This document shows, in pieces, positions 1-9,452 of a stretch of DNA of 64,000 nt. Numbering within the stretch: position 1 is the first letter of the stretch; each line of letters begins with the position of its first letter. The notes under the pieces are model-generated. The model searched no databases, had not been told where the DNA came from, and saw nothing but the letters and a program-made list of their open reading frames with translations. Position numbers and translations under genes: made by a program. This DNA is from an uncultured Elusimicrobia bacterium (GTDB lineage: Bacteria; Elusimicrobiota; Endomicrobiia; DTEH01), in NCBI GenBank assembly GCA_964508565.1, contig CAZDUB010000001.1:181726-245725 (forward strand), in the 5' to 3' direction.

Positions 1-1809
1 ATACTCAACGCAATTGAAATCTGTAATCCAAAAGATATTTTTGTTTGTTCAGACACACCTGACGAGATTGCTTTTATAAAAAATATGGCTATTGTTTCTG
101 GTGAAGAATCAGCAGCACTTAACATACCAGGGCACACTTTCCACTTTGATGGACCAAATGATCAAGGCAGAGACAGAGAAGTTACAAAATTTTTAGTTCC
201 AAAAGGAGACAAACTCTCAGCAAAACTAAATCAAATTGACCGTGAGGAAGGATTAAACGAAATTTTAGGTTTACTTAAAAACTCTATGGCTGGAAGGACA
301 ATGATTGTAAGATTTTTGTGTTTAGGTCCTGTTAATTCTATCTTCTCAATACCTTGTATGGAATGTACAGACAGCTGGTATGTAGCGCATTCGGTTGATT
401 TACTATATAGAGAAGGATACGAAATGTTTACTAAACTTGACAACAATGTAGAAATTTTTAAAACATTACACTCCTCAGGTGAAGTTGAAACAGAAACAAA
501 TGGCTTCCCAATAAGTAAAAATCATGATAAAAAAAGAATATATATTGACTACACTACAAATACAGTCTACAGTGTAAACACACAATACGCAGGCAATTCC
601 GTTGGTTTTAAAAAATTGGCACTGCGTCTTGCAATAAGAAAAGCACACAAAGAAGGATGGCTTGCGGAACATTTTATGTTAATGGGAGTAAAAGGTCCAA
701 ACAACAGAAAAACATACTTCGCAGGAGCATTCCCTTCTGGCTGTGGTAAAACTTCTACAGCGATGTTGCCTCAAGAGACAATTTTAGCAGATGATTTAGC
801 CTATGTAAAAGAAGTAAATGGTGAATGTCGCGCTGTAAATGTTGAAAAAGGAATTTTTGGAATAATTCAAGATATCAATCCAAAAGATGACCCATTAATC
901 TGGGAAGTTTTAACTTCGCCTGGAGAAATAATCTTTACTAATGTTTTAGTAAAAGATGCAAAAACCTGGTGGCTTGGAATGGGTTGCGAATTACCAAAAG
1001 AAGGAAGAAACTTTAGTGGAATTTGGTATAAAGGAAAAAAAGACCAAACTGGTCAAGAAATCCCTCCAGCACACAAAAATGCAAGATACACAGTGTCTCT
1101 AAAAGCGCTAGACAACTGCGATGACCAACTTGAAAACCCAGAAGGTGTTATTCTTTCTGGTATAATGTTTGGAGGAAGAGATTATAGAGGTTATGTGCCT
1201 GTACAAGAAAGTTTTGACTGGACACACGGAGTTATAGCATATGGTGCCGCATTAGAAACAGAAACTACTTTTGCTATTGTTGGACAAGAAGGCAAATACG
1301 AAATTAATATTATGAGCATACAAGATTTTGTCTCAATTCCTTTAGGAACCTATGTAAAAAACTACATTGAGTTTGGTAAAAAATTAACAAAACAAAGACC
1401 TACAATTTTTGGAGTAAACTACTTCTTACGCGATTTAAAAACAGGTGAATTTCTTAACGGTCGCAGAGATAAACATGTGTGGGTAAAATGGATGGAACTA
1501 AGAGTACACAGAGACGTAAAAGCAAGAAAAACACCTACAGGTCTTATTCCACTTTATGAGGACTTAGTGCCTCTATTTAAAACTCTCTTGAATAAAGATT
1601 ACACAAAAGAAGATTATATAAAACAATTCACAATCCGCGTACCAGAAAACTTAACAAAAATTGAAAGAGTAAAACAATTCTGGCAACACGAAGAAAATAC
1701 ACCACAAGAGATCTTTGATGTGTTAGAAGCACAAAAACAACGCCTACTTGAAGTTCAAAAGAAGTTCGGCGACTATATCTCTCCTGAAAACTTTGAAGTT
1801 GTGGAGTAA
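1..1809 (+). CDS. pckG: Phosphoenolpyruvate carboxykinase (GTP), 5' end outside window
   Basis: Frame is open from base 1 (ILNAIEICNPKDIFVCSDTPDEIAFIKN precedes the first ATG at 85). GTP-PEPCK signatures include the P-loop AFPSGCGKTSTAML and FGVNYFLRD. Confidence 0.93.
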   Translation: MLNAIEICNPKDIFVCSDTPDEIAFIKNMAIVSGEESAALNIPGHTFHFDGPNDQGRDREVTKFLVPKGDKLSAKLNQIDREEGLNEILGLLKNSMAGRTMIVRFLCLGPVNSIFSIPCMECTDSWYVAHSVDLLYREGYEMFTKLDNNVEIFKTLHSSGEVETETNGFPISKNHDKKRIYIDYTTNTVYSVNTQYAGNSVGFKKLALRLAIRKAHKEGWLAEHFMLMGVKGPNNRKTYFAGAFPSGCGKTSTAMLPQETILADDLAYVKEVNGECRAVNVEKGIFGIIQDINPKDDPLIWEVLTSPGEIIFTNVLVKDAKTWWLGMGCELPKEGRNFSGIWYKGKKDQTGQEIPPAHKNARYTVSLKALDNCDDQLENPEGVILSGIMFGGRDYRGYVPVQESFDWTHGVIAYGAALETETTFAIVGQEGKYEINIMSIQDFVSIPLGTYVKNYIEFGKKLTKQRPTIFGVNYFLRDLKTGEFLNGRRDKHVWVKWMELRVHRDVKARKTPTGLIPLYEDLVPLFKTLLNKDYTKEDYIKQFTIRVPENLTKIERVKQFWQHEENTPQEIFDVLEAQKQRLLEVQKKFGDYISPENFEVVE

Positions 1810-1837
1810 CAACAACACTTTGTTTAAAAAACAGTAG

Positions 1838-2110
1838 TATATTTCCCCTCTATCAAGAGGGGAATTAAAGGGGTGTGTTTTCACTCTACCATATACCACG
1901 TTGGGTATGGGGCAAGTCAAGAGGAGACAAAAAATATGTGTTTCCTCTCTATTGAGAGGGGATTAAGGGATGTGTTTATTGAGCATATAGCTTATTGCTT
2001 ATGGCGTTCGGCTTGTAGTTAATAGTGAGCAGTCAGAGTTGACAGCTAAAAGTTTAAAAGGTGTTACTCTAAACTTCTCTGTATGTTCTGCGTTCTCTGT
2101 GGTTAAATTT
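1838..2110. repeat. Mosaic intergenic repeat block (two hairpin/SD-like modules, a shared spacer module, a CTCTGTG-type module)
   Basis: 1838-1881 and 1938-1980 match 4931-4975 (TCCCCTCTATYAAGAGGGGAATTAAAGGGGTGTGTTT). 1984-2007 is the reverse complement of 61190-61215. 2070-2105 resembles units at 23280-23605. Confidence 0.85.
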
Positions 2111-2140
2111 TTATATTACCAAGCGAAAAAGGAGGCCACT

Positions 2141-2629
2141 ATGAAAAAATTAGTAAGTATAATAATGGGCTCTGACTCAGACCTGCCAACAATGAAAGAC
2201 ACAGCAAAAACTTTAGAAGAATTCGGTGTTGGATACGAAATAAAAATTCTTTCTGCTCACAGGACTCCAGACAACTTAAAAGAATATATAAAACAAGCAG
2301 AACAACAAGGAACAGAACTCTTCATTGCAGCAGCAGGCGGAGCAGCTCATCTTGCAGGAGTAGTTGCTGCTTATACTACGCTTCCAGTAATTGGTGTTCC
2401 AATGGACTCTCCACTTAACGGTTTTGATTCAATCCTTTCAATGTTACAAATGCCACCAGGAGTTCCTGTAGCTGTAGTTTCAAAAGGTTCTTGGGGAGCA
2501 AAAAACTCAGCAATCTTAGCAGTACAGATTTTATCTTTAAAATATCCAGAATTCAAGGAAAAACTATCTCAATATAAAACAAAAATGGCACAAACTGTAA
2601 TAGAAAAAAATAAAAACATAAATATCTAA
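2141..2629 (+). CDS. purE: N5-carboxyaminoimidazole ribonucleotide mutase
   Basis: MKKLVSIIMGSDSDLP...SAHRTP...GVPM signatures. AAAGGAGG sits 7 nt upstream of the ATG at 2141. The TTG-extended ORF from 2039 runs through repeat sequence. Confidence 0.9.
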   Translation: MKKLVSIIMGSDSDLPTMKDTAKTLEEFGVGYEIKILSAHRTPDNLKEYIKQAEQQGTELFIAAAGGAAHLAGVVAAYTTLPVIGVPMDSPLNGFDSILSMLQMPPGVPVAVVSKGSWGAKNSAILAVQILSLKYPEFKEKLSQYKTKMAQTVIEKNKNINI

Positions 2630-2632
2630 AAG

Positions 2633-3166
2633 ATGTCAAAGGCTATATTTTTAGATAGAGACGGTACCATAAACGAAGATGTAGGAGATTTATGTACAAT
2701 AGACAAGTTGTTTTTTACAACAAACGCAATTGAAGCATTAAAAATTTTACAACAAGCAGGATATATTTTAATTATCATAACAAACCAAACCGGAATAAAC
2801 AAAGGAATTTTTAGCAGAGAACAATTTTTAAAATTTAACGAAGAATATCTTAAAATCTTAAAAAACTTTGGAGTTGAAATAAAAGAAGTTTTTTACTGTC
2901 CACATTTAAAAGAAGAAAACTGTGTTTGCAGAAAACCAAGCACATATTTTATACAAAAAGCAAAAGAAAAATACAAAATAAATCTTTTAGAGTCATATGT
3001 GATAGGTGACCATCCTCACGACATAGAAATGGGCAACAACGCTAAAACTAAAACTATCTATTTATTATCAGGACATGGTAGGAAACATCTAAACGAGTTA
3101 AAAATACAACCTAATTACATAGCAGAAAATCTTTACGAGGCAACATTATGGATAACAAAAAAATAA
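2633..3166 (+). CDS. gmhB: D,D-heptose 1,7-bisphosphate phosphatase (HAD-IIIA)
   Basis: FLDRDGTIN, ITNQTGI and the zinc motif CPHLKEENCVCRKP, then VIGDHPHD. Confidence 0.85.
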   Translation: MSKAIFLDRDGTINEDVGDLCTIDKLFFTTNAIEALKILQQAGYILIIITNQTGINKGIFSREQFLKFNEEYLKILKNFGVEIKEVFYCPHLKEENCVCRKPSTYFIQKAKEKYKINLLESYVIGDHPHDIEMGNNAKTKTIYLLSGHGRKHLNELKIQPNYIAENLYEATLWITKK

Positions 3167-3609
3167 AGCTGAATAAAAAATATATTTCATCAGAAAAATT
3201 TATAAATAAATTTTATGGTAATTTAGTAATTTTTTGTAGCGACGAAAGATTTGTAGAGGCAACAATTGAATTTATAAAAAAGCATACAAAACGAGCAGAC
3301 TTCTTCGTGATAGCTGGAGGCACAGCATTTTGGTGTTTAAATGAAAAAGAAAATATTAATAGGCTAAGGTTTCTTATAGAAAAACACAAAATAAAAAACA
3401 TATATGTTTTTGCTCATCAAGATTGTGGATTTTACAAATATCTTTATCCAGAGTTAACTCAACAAGAAATTTTTTATATACAGATTTCAGATTTGATATT
3501 TTTCAAAGAAAAAATTAAAAAAGAATTTAAACAGATAAAGAAGGTGTGTTTACTCTATATCAAGTTTGAGAACCAAAAAATTTACTTCTTAGAAATACAA
3601 CAAAAATAG
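3148..3609 (+). CDS. Hypothetical protein with beta-carbonic-anhydrase-like motifs
   Basis: CSDERF ... AHQDCG spacing recalls the beta-CA CxDxR / HxxC zinc ligands. Overlaps the gmhB end by 19 nt. Function not established. Confidence 0.35.
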   Translation: MDNKKIKLNKKYISSEKFINKFYGNLVIFCSDERFVEATIEFIKKHTKRADFFVIAGGTAFWCLNEKENINRLRFLIEKHKIKNIYVFAHQDCGFYKYLYPELTQQEIFYIQISDLIFFKEKIKKEFKQIKKVCLLYIKFENQKIYFLEIQQK

Positions 3610-3628
3610 TTAACCTAAGGAGAAGCAA

Positions 3629-4822
3629 ATGAAACCACTCTCTTCAAAAATCAAAAAAATTCAACCATCAGCAACACTAAGTATCACAGCAAAAGCTAAA
3701 CAACTAAAGGCTCAAGGAATAAAAGTTATAGCATTTGCAGCAGGCGAACCTGACTTTGATACCCCTCAACTTGTAAAACAAAAAACAAAAGAAGCTTTAG
3801 ATAAAGGGCTAACAAAATATACTCCCACAGCAGGTATTCCTGAACTGAGACAAGCTATATGTGAAAAACTAAAAAAAGAAAACAACTTAGAATACACACC
3901 AGAAGAAATTATAGTATGCTGTGGAGCAAAACACGCAATTTTTAACGCTGTAATGGCTTTAGTTGACGATGATGATGAAGTTTTACTTCCTGCTCCTTAC
4001 TGGGTAAGCTATCCTGAAATGGTAAACTTTGCAGGTGGCAAAATAGTCACAATCCCTACAAACCAACAAACAAACTTTAAGCTCACAAAAGAACTTTTAG
4101 AAAAATATATAACTCCAAAAACAAAACTTTTAATTCTTAACTATCCATCTAACCCAACAGGAATGACATATACAAAAGAAGAACTCAAAGATATAGCAGA
4201 AGTTTTAGTAAAACACCAAATATATTGTATTTCAGACGAAATTTATGAAAAATTAACTTATGAGCTGCCACATATAAGCATTGCTTCACTAAGTCCAGAA
4301 ATTAAAAAATTAACAATAGTAATAAATGGTCTTTCAAAATCTCACTCAATGACTGGTTGGCGCGTAGGATATGCTTGTGGAGAGAAAGAAATTATTAAAG
4401 CAATGAACAATCTTCAAGACCATTCAACTTCCAACATTACATCTTTTGTCCAATATGCTTGTGTTGACGCAATAAAATGTTGTAACGAAGATGTTCAAAA
4501 CATGGTTTCTGAATTTAAAAAACGAAGGGACTACATTGTAGAAGAAATAAACAAAATTCCAGGGCTTTCAACTATTAAACCTCAGGGAGCATTTTATGTT
4601 TGGGTAAATATCTCACAACTAAAAGGCAAAAAATATAAAAACGAAGAAATAACAAACTCTTTAAAACTTGCAGAACTTCTACTTACTGAAGCCAAAGTAG
4701 CAGTAATCCCAGGTTGTGCATTTGGTGACGACAACTATATTAGACTCTCTTATGCAACCTCAATAGAAGATATAAAAGAAGGAATAAAAAATATAAAAGA
4801 GTTTGTAGGAAATCTAAGTTAA
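3629..4822 (+). CDS. Aspartate/aromatic aminotransferase (class I PLP)
   Basis: 397 aa; YPSNPTG and the PLP-lysine motif NGLSKSHSMTGWRVGY. AAGGAG RBS upstream. Confidence 0.9.
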   Translation: MKPLSSKIKKIQPSATLSITAKAKQLKAQGIKVIAFAAGEPDFDTPQLVKQKTKEALDKGLTKYTPTAGIPELRQAICEKLKKENNLEYTPEEIIVCCGAKHAIFNAVMALVDDDDEVLLPAPYWVSYPEMVNFAGGKIVTIPTNQQTNFKLTKELLEKYITPKTKLLILNYPSNPTGMTYTKEELKDIAEVLVKHQIYCISDEIYEKLTYELPHISIASLSPEIKKLTIVINGLSKSHSMTGWRVGYACGEKEIIKAMNNLQDHSTSNITSFVQYACVDAIKCCNEDVQNMVSEFKKRRDYIVEEINKIPGLSTIKPQGAFYVWVNISQLKGKKYKNEEITNSLKLAELLLTEAKVAVIPGCAFGDDNYIRLSYATSIEDIKEGIKNIKEFVGNLS

Positions 4823-4976
4823 TGCGTGGATGCGTAGATGCGCGGATGAGTTTATTTAGATTATTAATTACACATTAACGCACTTAAGCATCAACACATT
4901 GGGTTTATTATGTTCGTTGGGGTCAAGTATATATCTCCCCTCTATTAAGAGGGGAATTAAAGGGGTGTGTTTGTTA
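4823..4976. repeat. Mosaic intergenic repeat block (GCGTGGATGCGT module, TGGGTTTAT module, hairpin/SD-like module)
   Basis: 4823-4860 matches 11963-12010 and, reversed, 61295-61330. 4931-4975 matches 1838-1881. Confidence 0.85.
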
Positions 4977-5571
4977 ATGAATAGATTAAATAGAAAATTT
5001 TTTCTTTCTCATCCGAAAAATGTGGCACCAAAACTTTTAGGGAAATATCTCGTAAGGGTTCTACAAGAAGGCAAAATAGTAACCAAAATTGTAGAGACAG
5101 AAGCCTATGGTGGGTTTGAAGACAAAGCCTGTCATGTAGGTAGATTTGGAAGAACAAAACGAACTGAGTTGCTTTTTGGAGAAGTTGGACATGCTTATAT
5201 TTATCCTGTACATATAAATACTTATTGTTTGAATGTTGTTTGTCATAAAAAAAAATCAGGCAGGTGGTATTTTAATCCGTGCAGTAGAAGTTGTTGAAGG
5301 AGTGGAGTTAATCTTAAAAAATTTGTATAAAACTACTGCAAAATCAAAAAATCTTCTACTTAATGGCCCCGGCAGAGTTTGTAAAGCATTACAAATAAAC
5401 ATGGAACTAAACGGTATAGATATGATAGACGAAGATATCCTTTATCTTGTAGAAGGTGAAAAAATAAAAAAATCTCAAATTATAACGACACCAAGAATCA
5501 ATATACCGTATGCAAAAGAATCAAAAAACTGGCTTTGGCGCTTCTTGCTTTCCAATGCGGGTTTGAAATAA
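4977..5571 (+). pseudogene. 3-methyladenine DNA glycosylase (Mpg/AAG family), frameshifted in an A9 run
   Basis: N-terminal part IVETEAYGG..D.ACH...GRTKRTELLFG..GHAYIY...CLNVVC in one frame. C-terminal part QAGGILIRAVE...NGPGRVCKAL continues in the +1 frame. The switch is at the A-run 5247-5255; eight As would restore the frame. Confidence 0.8.
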
Positions 5572-5640
5572 TTTTGATAAAAAAATTATTTATTTTTCAA
5601 TATTGTTTTTTATAGTTTATTTCCAAACCCGCATTGGAAA
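5549..5640. repeat. Two inverted copies of the TTCCAA-TGCGGGT-TTGGAA hairpin motif
   Basis: 5549-5568 TTTCCAATGCGGGTTTGAAA and 5620-5640 TTTCCAAACCCGCATTGGAAA (reverse complement). Related copies at 19533, 24857 and 34830. Confidence 0.8.
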
Positions 5641-5673
5641 TAAAAAAAAGAAAAGGAGGAAACCAGTACAAAT

Positions 5674-6561
5674 ATGAAGACACTATCTACAACAAAAGAA
5701 TTAGGGCTTAATCCACATAAACAAGGTAAGGTAAGAGATATTTTTGACTTAGGTGACAGACTTCTTATTGTTACAACAGATAGAATATCAGTGTTTGATG
5801 TTGTTTTACCTGACCCTATTCCTTATAAAGGAATCATTTTAACACAACTCACAAAGTTTTGGTGTGAATATCTAAAAGATGTTATAGAAAATCATGTGAT
5901 TGAATTTGGAATTAATGGCGCTCCAGACGAGTTTAAAAAACATAAAGATGTCTTAGAACCAAGGACAATGATTGTAAAAAAAGCAAAAGTTATACCGATT
6001 GAGTGTATAGTTCGCGGATATTTGTCAGGTAGTGGCTGGAAAGAATATCAAAAGTCAGGAACTGTCTGCGGTATAAAACTACCAGAAGGGCTTAAAGAGT
6101 CAGAAAAACTTCCCCAACCAATTTTTACTCCTTCCACAAAGGCTGAAGTAGGTCATGACGAAAACATTAGTTTTGAAAAAGCTGTAGAAATTGTGGGAAA
6201 AGAAACAGCTGAATTTATTAAAGAAAAATCTATAGAACTTTATAAAAAAGCTGCTGAATATGCAGAAAAAAGAGGGATTATTATTGCTGATACAAAATTT
6301 GAATTCGGGGTTGACCAAACTGCTAAAATAATTCTGATAGATGAAATTCTAACTCCTGATTCTTCTCGTTTTTGGCCAAAAGATAGTTACAAAGTAGGAA
6401 CTTCACAACCTTCTTTAGATAAACAATATGTAAGAGATTATACAGAATCTACTGGGTGGAATAAAACTTATCCAGGGCCAAAGCTCCCAGCAAATGTTAT
6501 TGAGACAACTTCAAAAAAGTATAAAGAAATCTATAAAATGTTAACTGGAAAAGAAATTTAG
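5674..6561 (+). CDS. purC: SAICAR synthetase
   Basis: 295 aa; GKVRDIF, TDRISVFD and ADTKFEFG motifs. AAGGAGG RBS upstream. Confidence 0.92.
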   Translation: MKTLSTTKELGLNPHKQGKVRDIFDLGDRLLIVTTDRISVFDVVLPDPIPYKGIILTQLTKFWCEYLKDVIENHVIEFGINGAPDEFKKHKDVLEPRTMIVKKAKVIPIECIVRGYLSGSGWKEYQKSGTVCGIKLPEGLKESEKLPQPIFTPSTKAEVGHDENISFEKAVEIVGKETAEFIKEKSIELYKKAAEYAEKRGIIIADTKFEFGVDQTAKIILIDEILTPDSSRFWPKDSYKVGTSQPSLDKQYVRDYTESTGWNKTYPGPKLPANVIETTSKKYKEIYKMLTGKEI

Positions 6562-6575
6562 TATAAGCTTATTAT

Positions 6576-7493
6576 ATGATGCCAAAACAAGAAAAACCAA
6601 AAGTTTTAATAAGTGCGTGCTTAAATGGTCTAAGTTATAGGTATAATGGTACTGAAGCAAATGACGAGTTAGTAAACAAAATAAAACCTCTTTTTGAGTT
6701 AGTAAATGTTTGTCCTGAAGTTGGGATAGGACTTCCTATACCACGAAAACCTATAAGATTGCATTTTGAAAATAATAGATTTAGAGTAATCCAAGAAGAA
6801 AGCAACCTAGACTTAACTAAAAAACTTGAAGATTTCTCTCAAAATTTTTTAAAAAACTTAAAGGATATATGTGGCTGTATACTAAAGGCAAAATCTCCAA
6901 GTTGCGGCATAGCAAATGCTAAGTTCTATAAAGACAACAAAATTGCTGGCAGAACCTATGGGATCTTTGCAAGAACTATAAAAGAAAACTTACCTTATCT
7001 ACCTATTATAGATGAAGGAAGACTAAGAAACAAAGAACTTTTTTGGGAATTTTTAGTTAAAACATTTTTGCTTTTTAGATTTTATAACTCAAAATCTGAC
7101 ATAAAAAATTTGATAGAATTTCATTCTAAATATAAATACATACTTATGGGACTTTCTCAAAAATATCTTAAACTGCTTGGACAAATTCTTGCTAAGCACA
7201 CACCAAAAAATTTTAAAGAAACTCTAAATAATTACGAGTATTACCTTAAAGAAATTCTAAAACAATCTTTTAGAAGACCGAATTTAGCTAACGCTTTAAC
7301 TCACATTTTTGGACATATATCTAAATATTTATCAAAGAAAGAAAAAGAAAACTTTCTTAAAATAATAGAAAAATACCGCAAATTAAAAATTGATTTTCCC
7401 ACAGCTACTGAAATGTTAAAAATCTATGTGCTTAGGTTTGAGGATAGTTACCTTCAATCTCAGTATTTTTTTGAACCATTCCCTGAGATATAA
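6576..7493 (+). CDS. DUF523 + DUF1722 fusion protein (YbgA/TudS-like)
   Basis: N-terminal ISACLNG..YRYNG...CPEVGIGLPIPRKP is typical of DUF523. The helical C-terminal half is typical of DUF1722. Confidence 0.7.
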   Translation: MMPKQEKPKVLISACLNGLSYRYNGTEANDELVNKIKPLFELVNVCPEVGIGLPIPRKPIRLHFENNRFRVIQEESNLDLTKKLEDFSQNFLKNLKDICGCILKAKSPSCGIANAKFYKDNKIAGRTYGIFARTIKENLPYLPIIDEGRLRNKELFWEFLVKTFLLFRFYNSKSDIKNLIEFHSKYKYILMGLSQKYLKLLGQILAKHTPKNFKETLNNYEYYLKEILKQSFRRPNLANALTHIFGHISKYLSKKEKENFLKIIEKYRKLKIDFPTATEMLKIYVLRFEDSYLQSQYFFEPFPEI

Positions 7494-7681
7494 CTAATAA
7501 TCCACAATTTGTTAATTTCTTATATCATTATCCCTATCAACTTTGTAAGGACTTTTCTCCACACTAATTTTTCTTCGTCAGTAAGTGTTATTTTTTTATT
7601 TTTTTCAAAGTTATGACTATCAATAAATTTGTTTAAAGACTTTAAAAGTTTTGTATATTTTTCTATATGAAACTCCAAAAA

Positions 7682-8152
7682 CTAGTTTGGAATTTCATTG
7701 TTTTTTTCTATAAACATCTGTAGATTTTTTACACAAAGACCTTTAGATTTACTAAATTTTTCTTTAAATTCAGAATCGTTGAGGTATTCAAACATTAAAG
7801 AGATATATCTTGCTTCTAACTCTTTTATTAACTCGCACACTTTACAGACTCTTTTTTCTTTAAACAATCTTTTTTCTTTATTTTTTAATTTTTTGACAAC
7901 ATCGTTTAAAAGATTTTCATAACATAATGCTACAGCAAGGCTATCATTGTAAGAAGCAAGTTTATAAGAATGGTAAACGCAAAAACCAAAATTTTCTTTA
8001 AACTCTTGTCTAAAGCCTATATCGTTAACATTTTCGTATAATAAGTCATTGTAGAATTTTTCAACTTTATCTCTTATCAAAAAACATATAGGACACTCTT
8101 CAAACTCAAATGCACAGACAAGTTCAAAATATGGAATATGTTTTTCTTTCAT
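7682..8152 (-). CDS. Cysteine-rich hypothetical protein (resembles DUF6062)
   Basis: EECPICFL ... CVYH ... CKVCE ... C motifs. An in-frame TAG at 7682-7684 is followed by 53 more sense codons, to 7520. Confidence 0.5.
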   Translation of the reverse strand: MKEKHIPYFELVCAFEFEECPICFLIRDKVEKFYNDLLYENVNDIGFRQEFKENFGFCVYHSYKLASYNDSLAVALCYENLLNDVVKKLKNKEKRLFKEKRVCKVCELIKELEARYISLMFEYLNDSEFKEKFSKSKGLCVKNLQMFIEKNNEIPN

Positions 8153-8204
8153 AAAGTTTTACTTTTGTTATACAAAATATAAAAAAGTCTTTGAAAAAAC
8201 AAGT

Positions 8205-9452
8205 TTAGCTTACAAACAAAAAATATAGGTAGTAAACCAACATATTTAGAAAAGTCACCACTACACCTATTTTAAAAAATTCAAAAAAACTTATGAGGTT
8301 GTGTACCTTAAGTTTTCTTTCTGCGAGTTGAATTATGATTATGTTACTGGCTGCTCCAAGAATTGTTAAATTACCTGCAATTGTACTAGAAGTTGCTAAA
8401 CACATAAACTCTTTGTAAGTAGCAGACAAGTTTTTAAGAACAGGTATGTATAACACTACAAGAGGAACATTTGAAATAAACTGGCTTAACACAACACTTA
8501 CAATCATTATTGCAGGCAAAGATGCAAGATTAACCTTCAAAGAAAACAACAGTTTCTGAAATGTTCCTCCTTTCCATACAGAAGAGGTTAAAATAAACAT
8601 TGAAATAAAAAAAATTAGTGTTTGCCAATCAACTCTCTTTAGAATTTTTATTCTTTGGTTGCTAAAAATTAAAATTGGTAATGAAGAAATCAAAGTTATA
8701 TAAACAAGTTTTAAATCAAATTTAATTTTTAAGACATCAGATAATATTTTAAAGATGAGTAAAAGAAACATAATTGTTAAAGAAATTTTTGACAAAGTTG
8801 TAAGTTTTTTATTCTTTACTCGTCTATTTTTACCTAAAGAATCTTTTTCAATAGTAACTTTTTTAAAAAATTTTTTAATCACAAAATACGCCACGAATAT
8901 ATTTATAACAGTAGGAACAAAAAGATATTTAAAAAATACAAAGAATTGGTTTCTCACATTTAAATTGTTAGCAATTACAAAGTTTTGTGGATTACCTATT
9001 GGACTTAGAACACTTCCTATTGTGATTGAAAAAGCCAATGTTATAAGCAAAATTTTCACATCAATTTTATACTTTTCTGCAAGCAACAACATCACTGGAG
9101 TGGCTATAATTGCTATTGTATCATTTGTTAAAAACGCAGCCAAAAAACCCATCACAAACAAAATGTATATTAAAAGTTGGTCGTAATTTTTGACATTTTT
9201 GAAAAGTTTATATGTAAGATGTGTTAAATATCCGCTTCTTTCTAAAGATACTCCAATTACAAACATGCTAAACAAAAACAATATCACCTCCCAATCAACA
9301 GCGTAAACTGCCTCTTTTAAAGAAATCTCTCCCAATAACAAAACCAACAAAGCACCAAAAGTCATTGCTTGCCAGATTTGTAGTTTTATGTTGCCAACTT
9401 GTCTTGTAATGATTAAAAAAATAACTAAAATTAAGACAATAAAAGAAATCAT
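8205..9452 (-). CDS. ArsB/NhaD-superfamily anion/ion permease
   Basis: 415 aa polytopic membrane protein. The two-lobed repeat layout and GNPQN-like loop (SPIGNPQNF) are typical of CitMHS/ArsB-type permeases. Confidence 0.6.
   Translation of the reverse strand: MISFIVLILVIFLIITRQVGNIKLQIWQAMTFGALLVLLLGEISLKEAVYAVDWEVILFLFSMFVIGVSLERSGYLTHLTYKLFKNVKNYDQLLIYILFVMGFLAAFLTNDTIAIIATPVMLLLAEKYKIDVKILLITLAFSITIGSVLSPIGNPQNFVIANNLNVRNQFFVFFKYLFVPTVINIFVAYFVIKKFFKKVTIEKDSLGKNRRVKNKKLTTLSKISLTIMFLLLIFKILSDVLKIKFDLKLVYITLISSLPILIFSNQRIKILKRVDWQTLIFFISMFILTSSVWKGGTFQKLLFSLKVNLASLPAIMIVSVVLSQFISNVPLVVLYIPVLKNLSATYKEFMCLATSSTIAGNLTILGAASNIIIIQLAERKLKVHNLISFFEFFKIGVVVTFLNMLVYYLYFLFVS

Noticed and set aside
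2039-2140. TTG-initiated N-terminal extension of purE, and the similar extension 4899-4976 of the glycosylase gene
   Set aside because: The extensions run through intergenic repeat modules. Internal ATGs with good RBS (2141, 4977) give proteins starting at the conserved N-termini.
5247-5255. Programmed +1/-1 ribosomal frameshift at the A9 tract of the glycosylase gene
   Set aside because: I see no stimulatory structure or conserved slippery heptamer context. Two other frameshifts in the window are also at homopolymers, which favours sequencing or assembly error.
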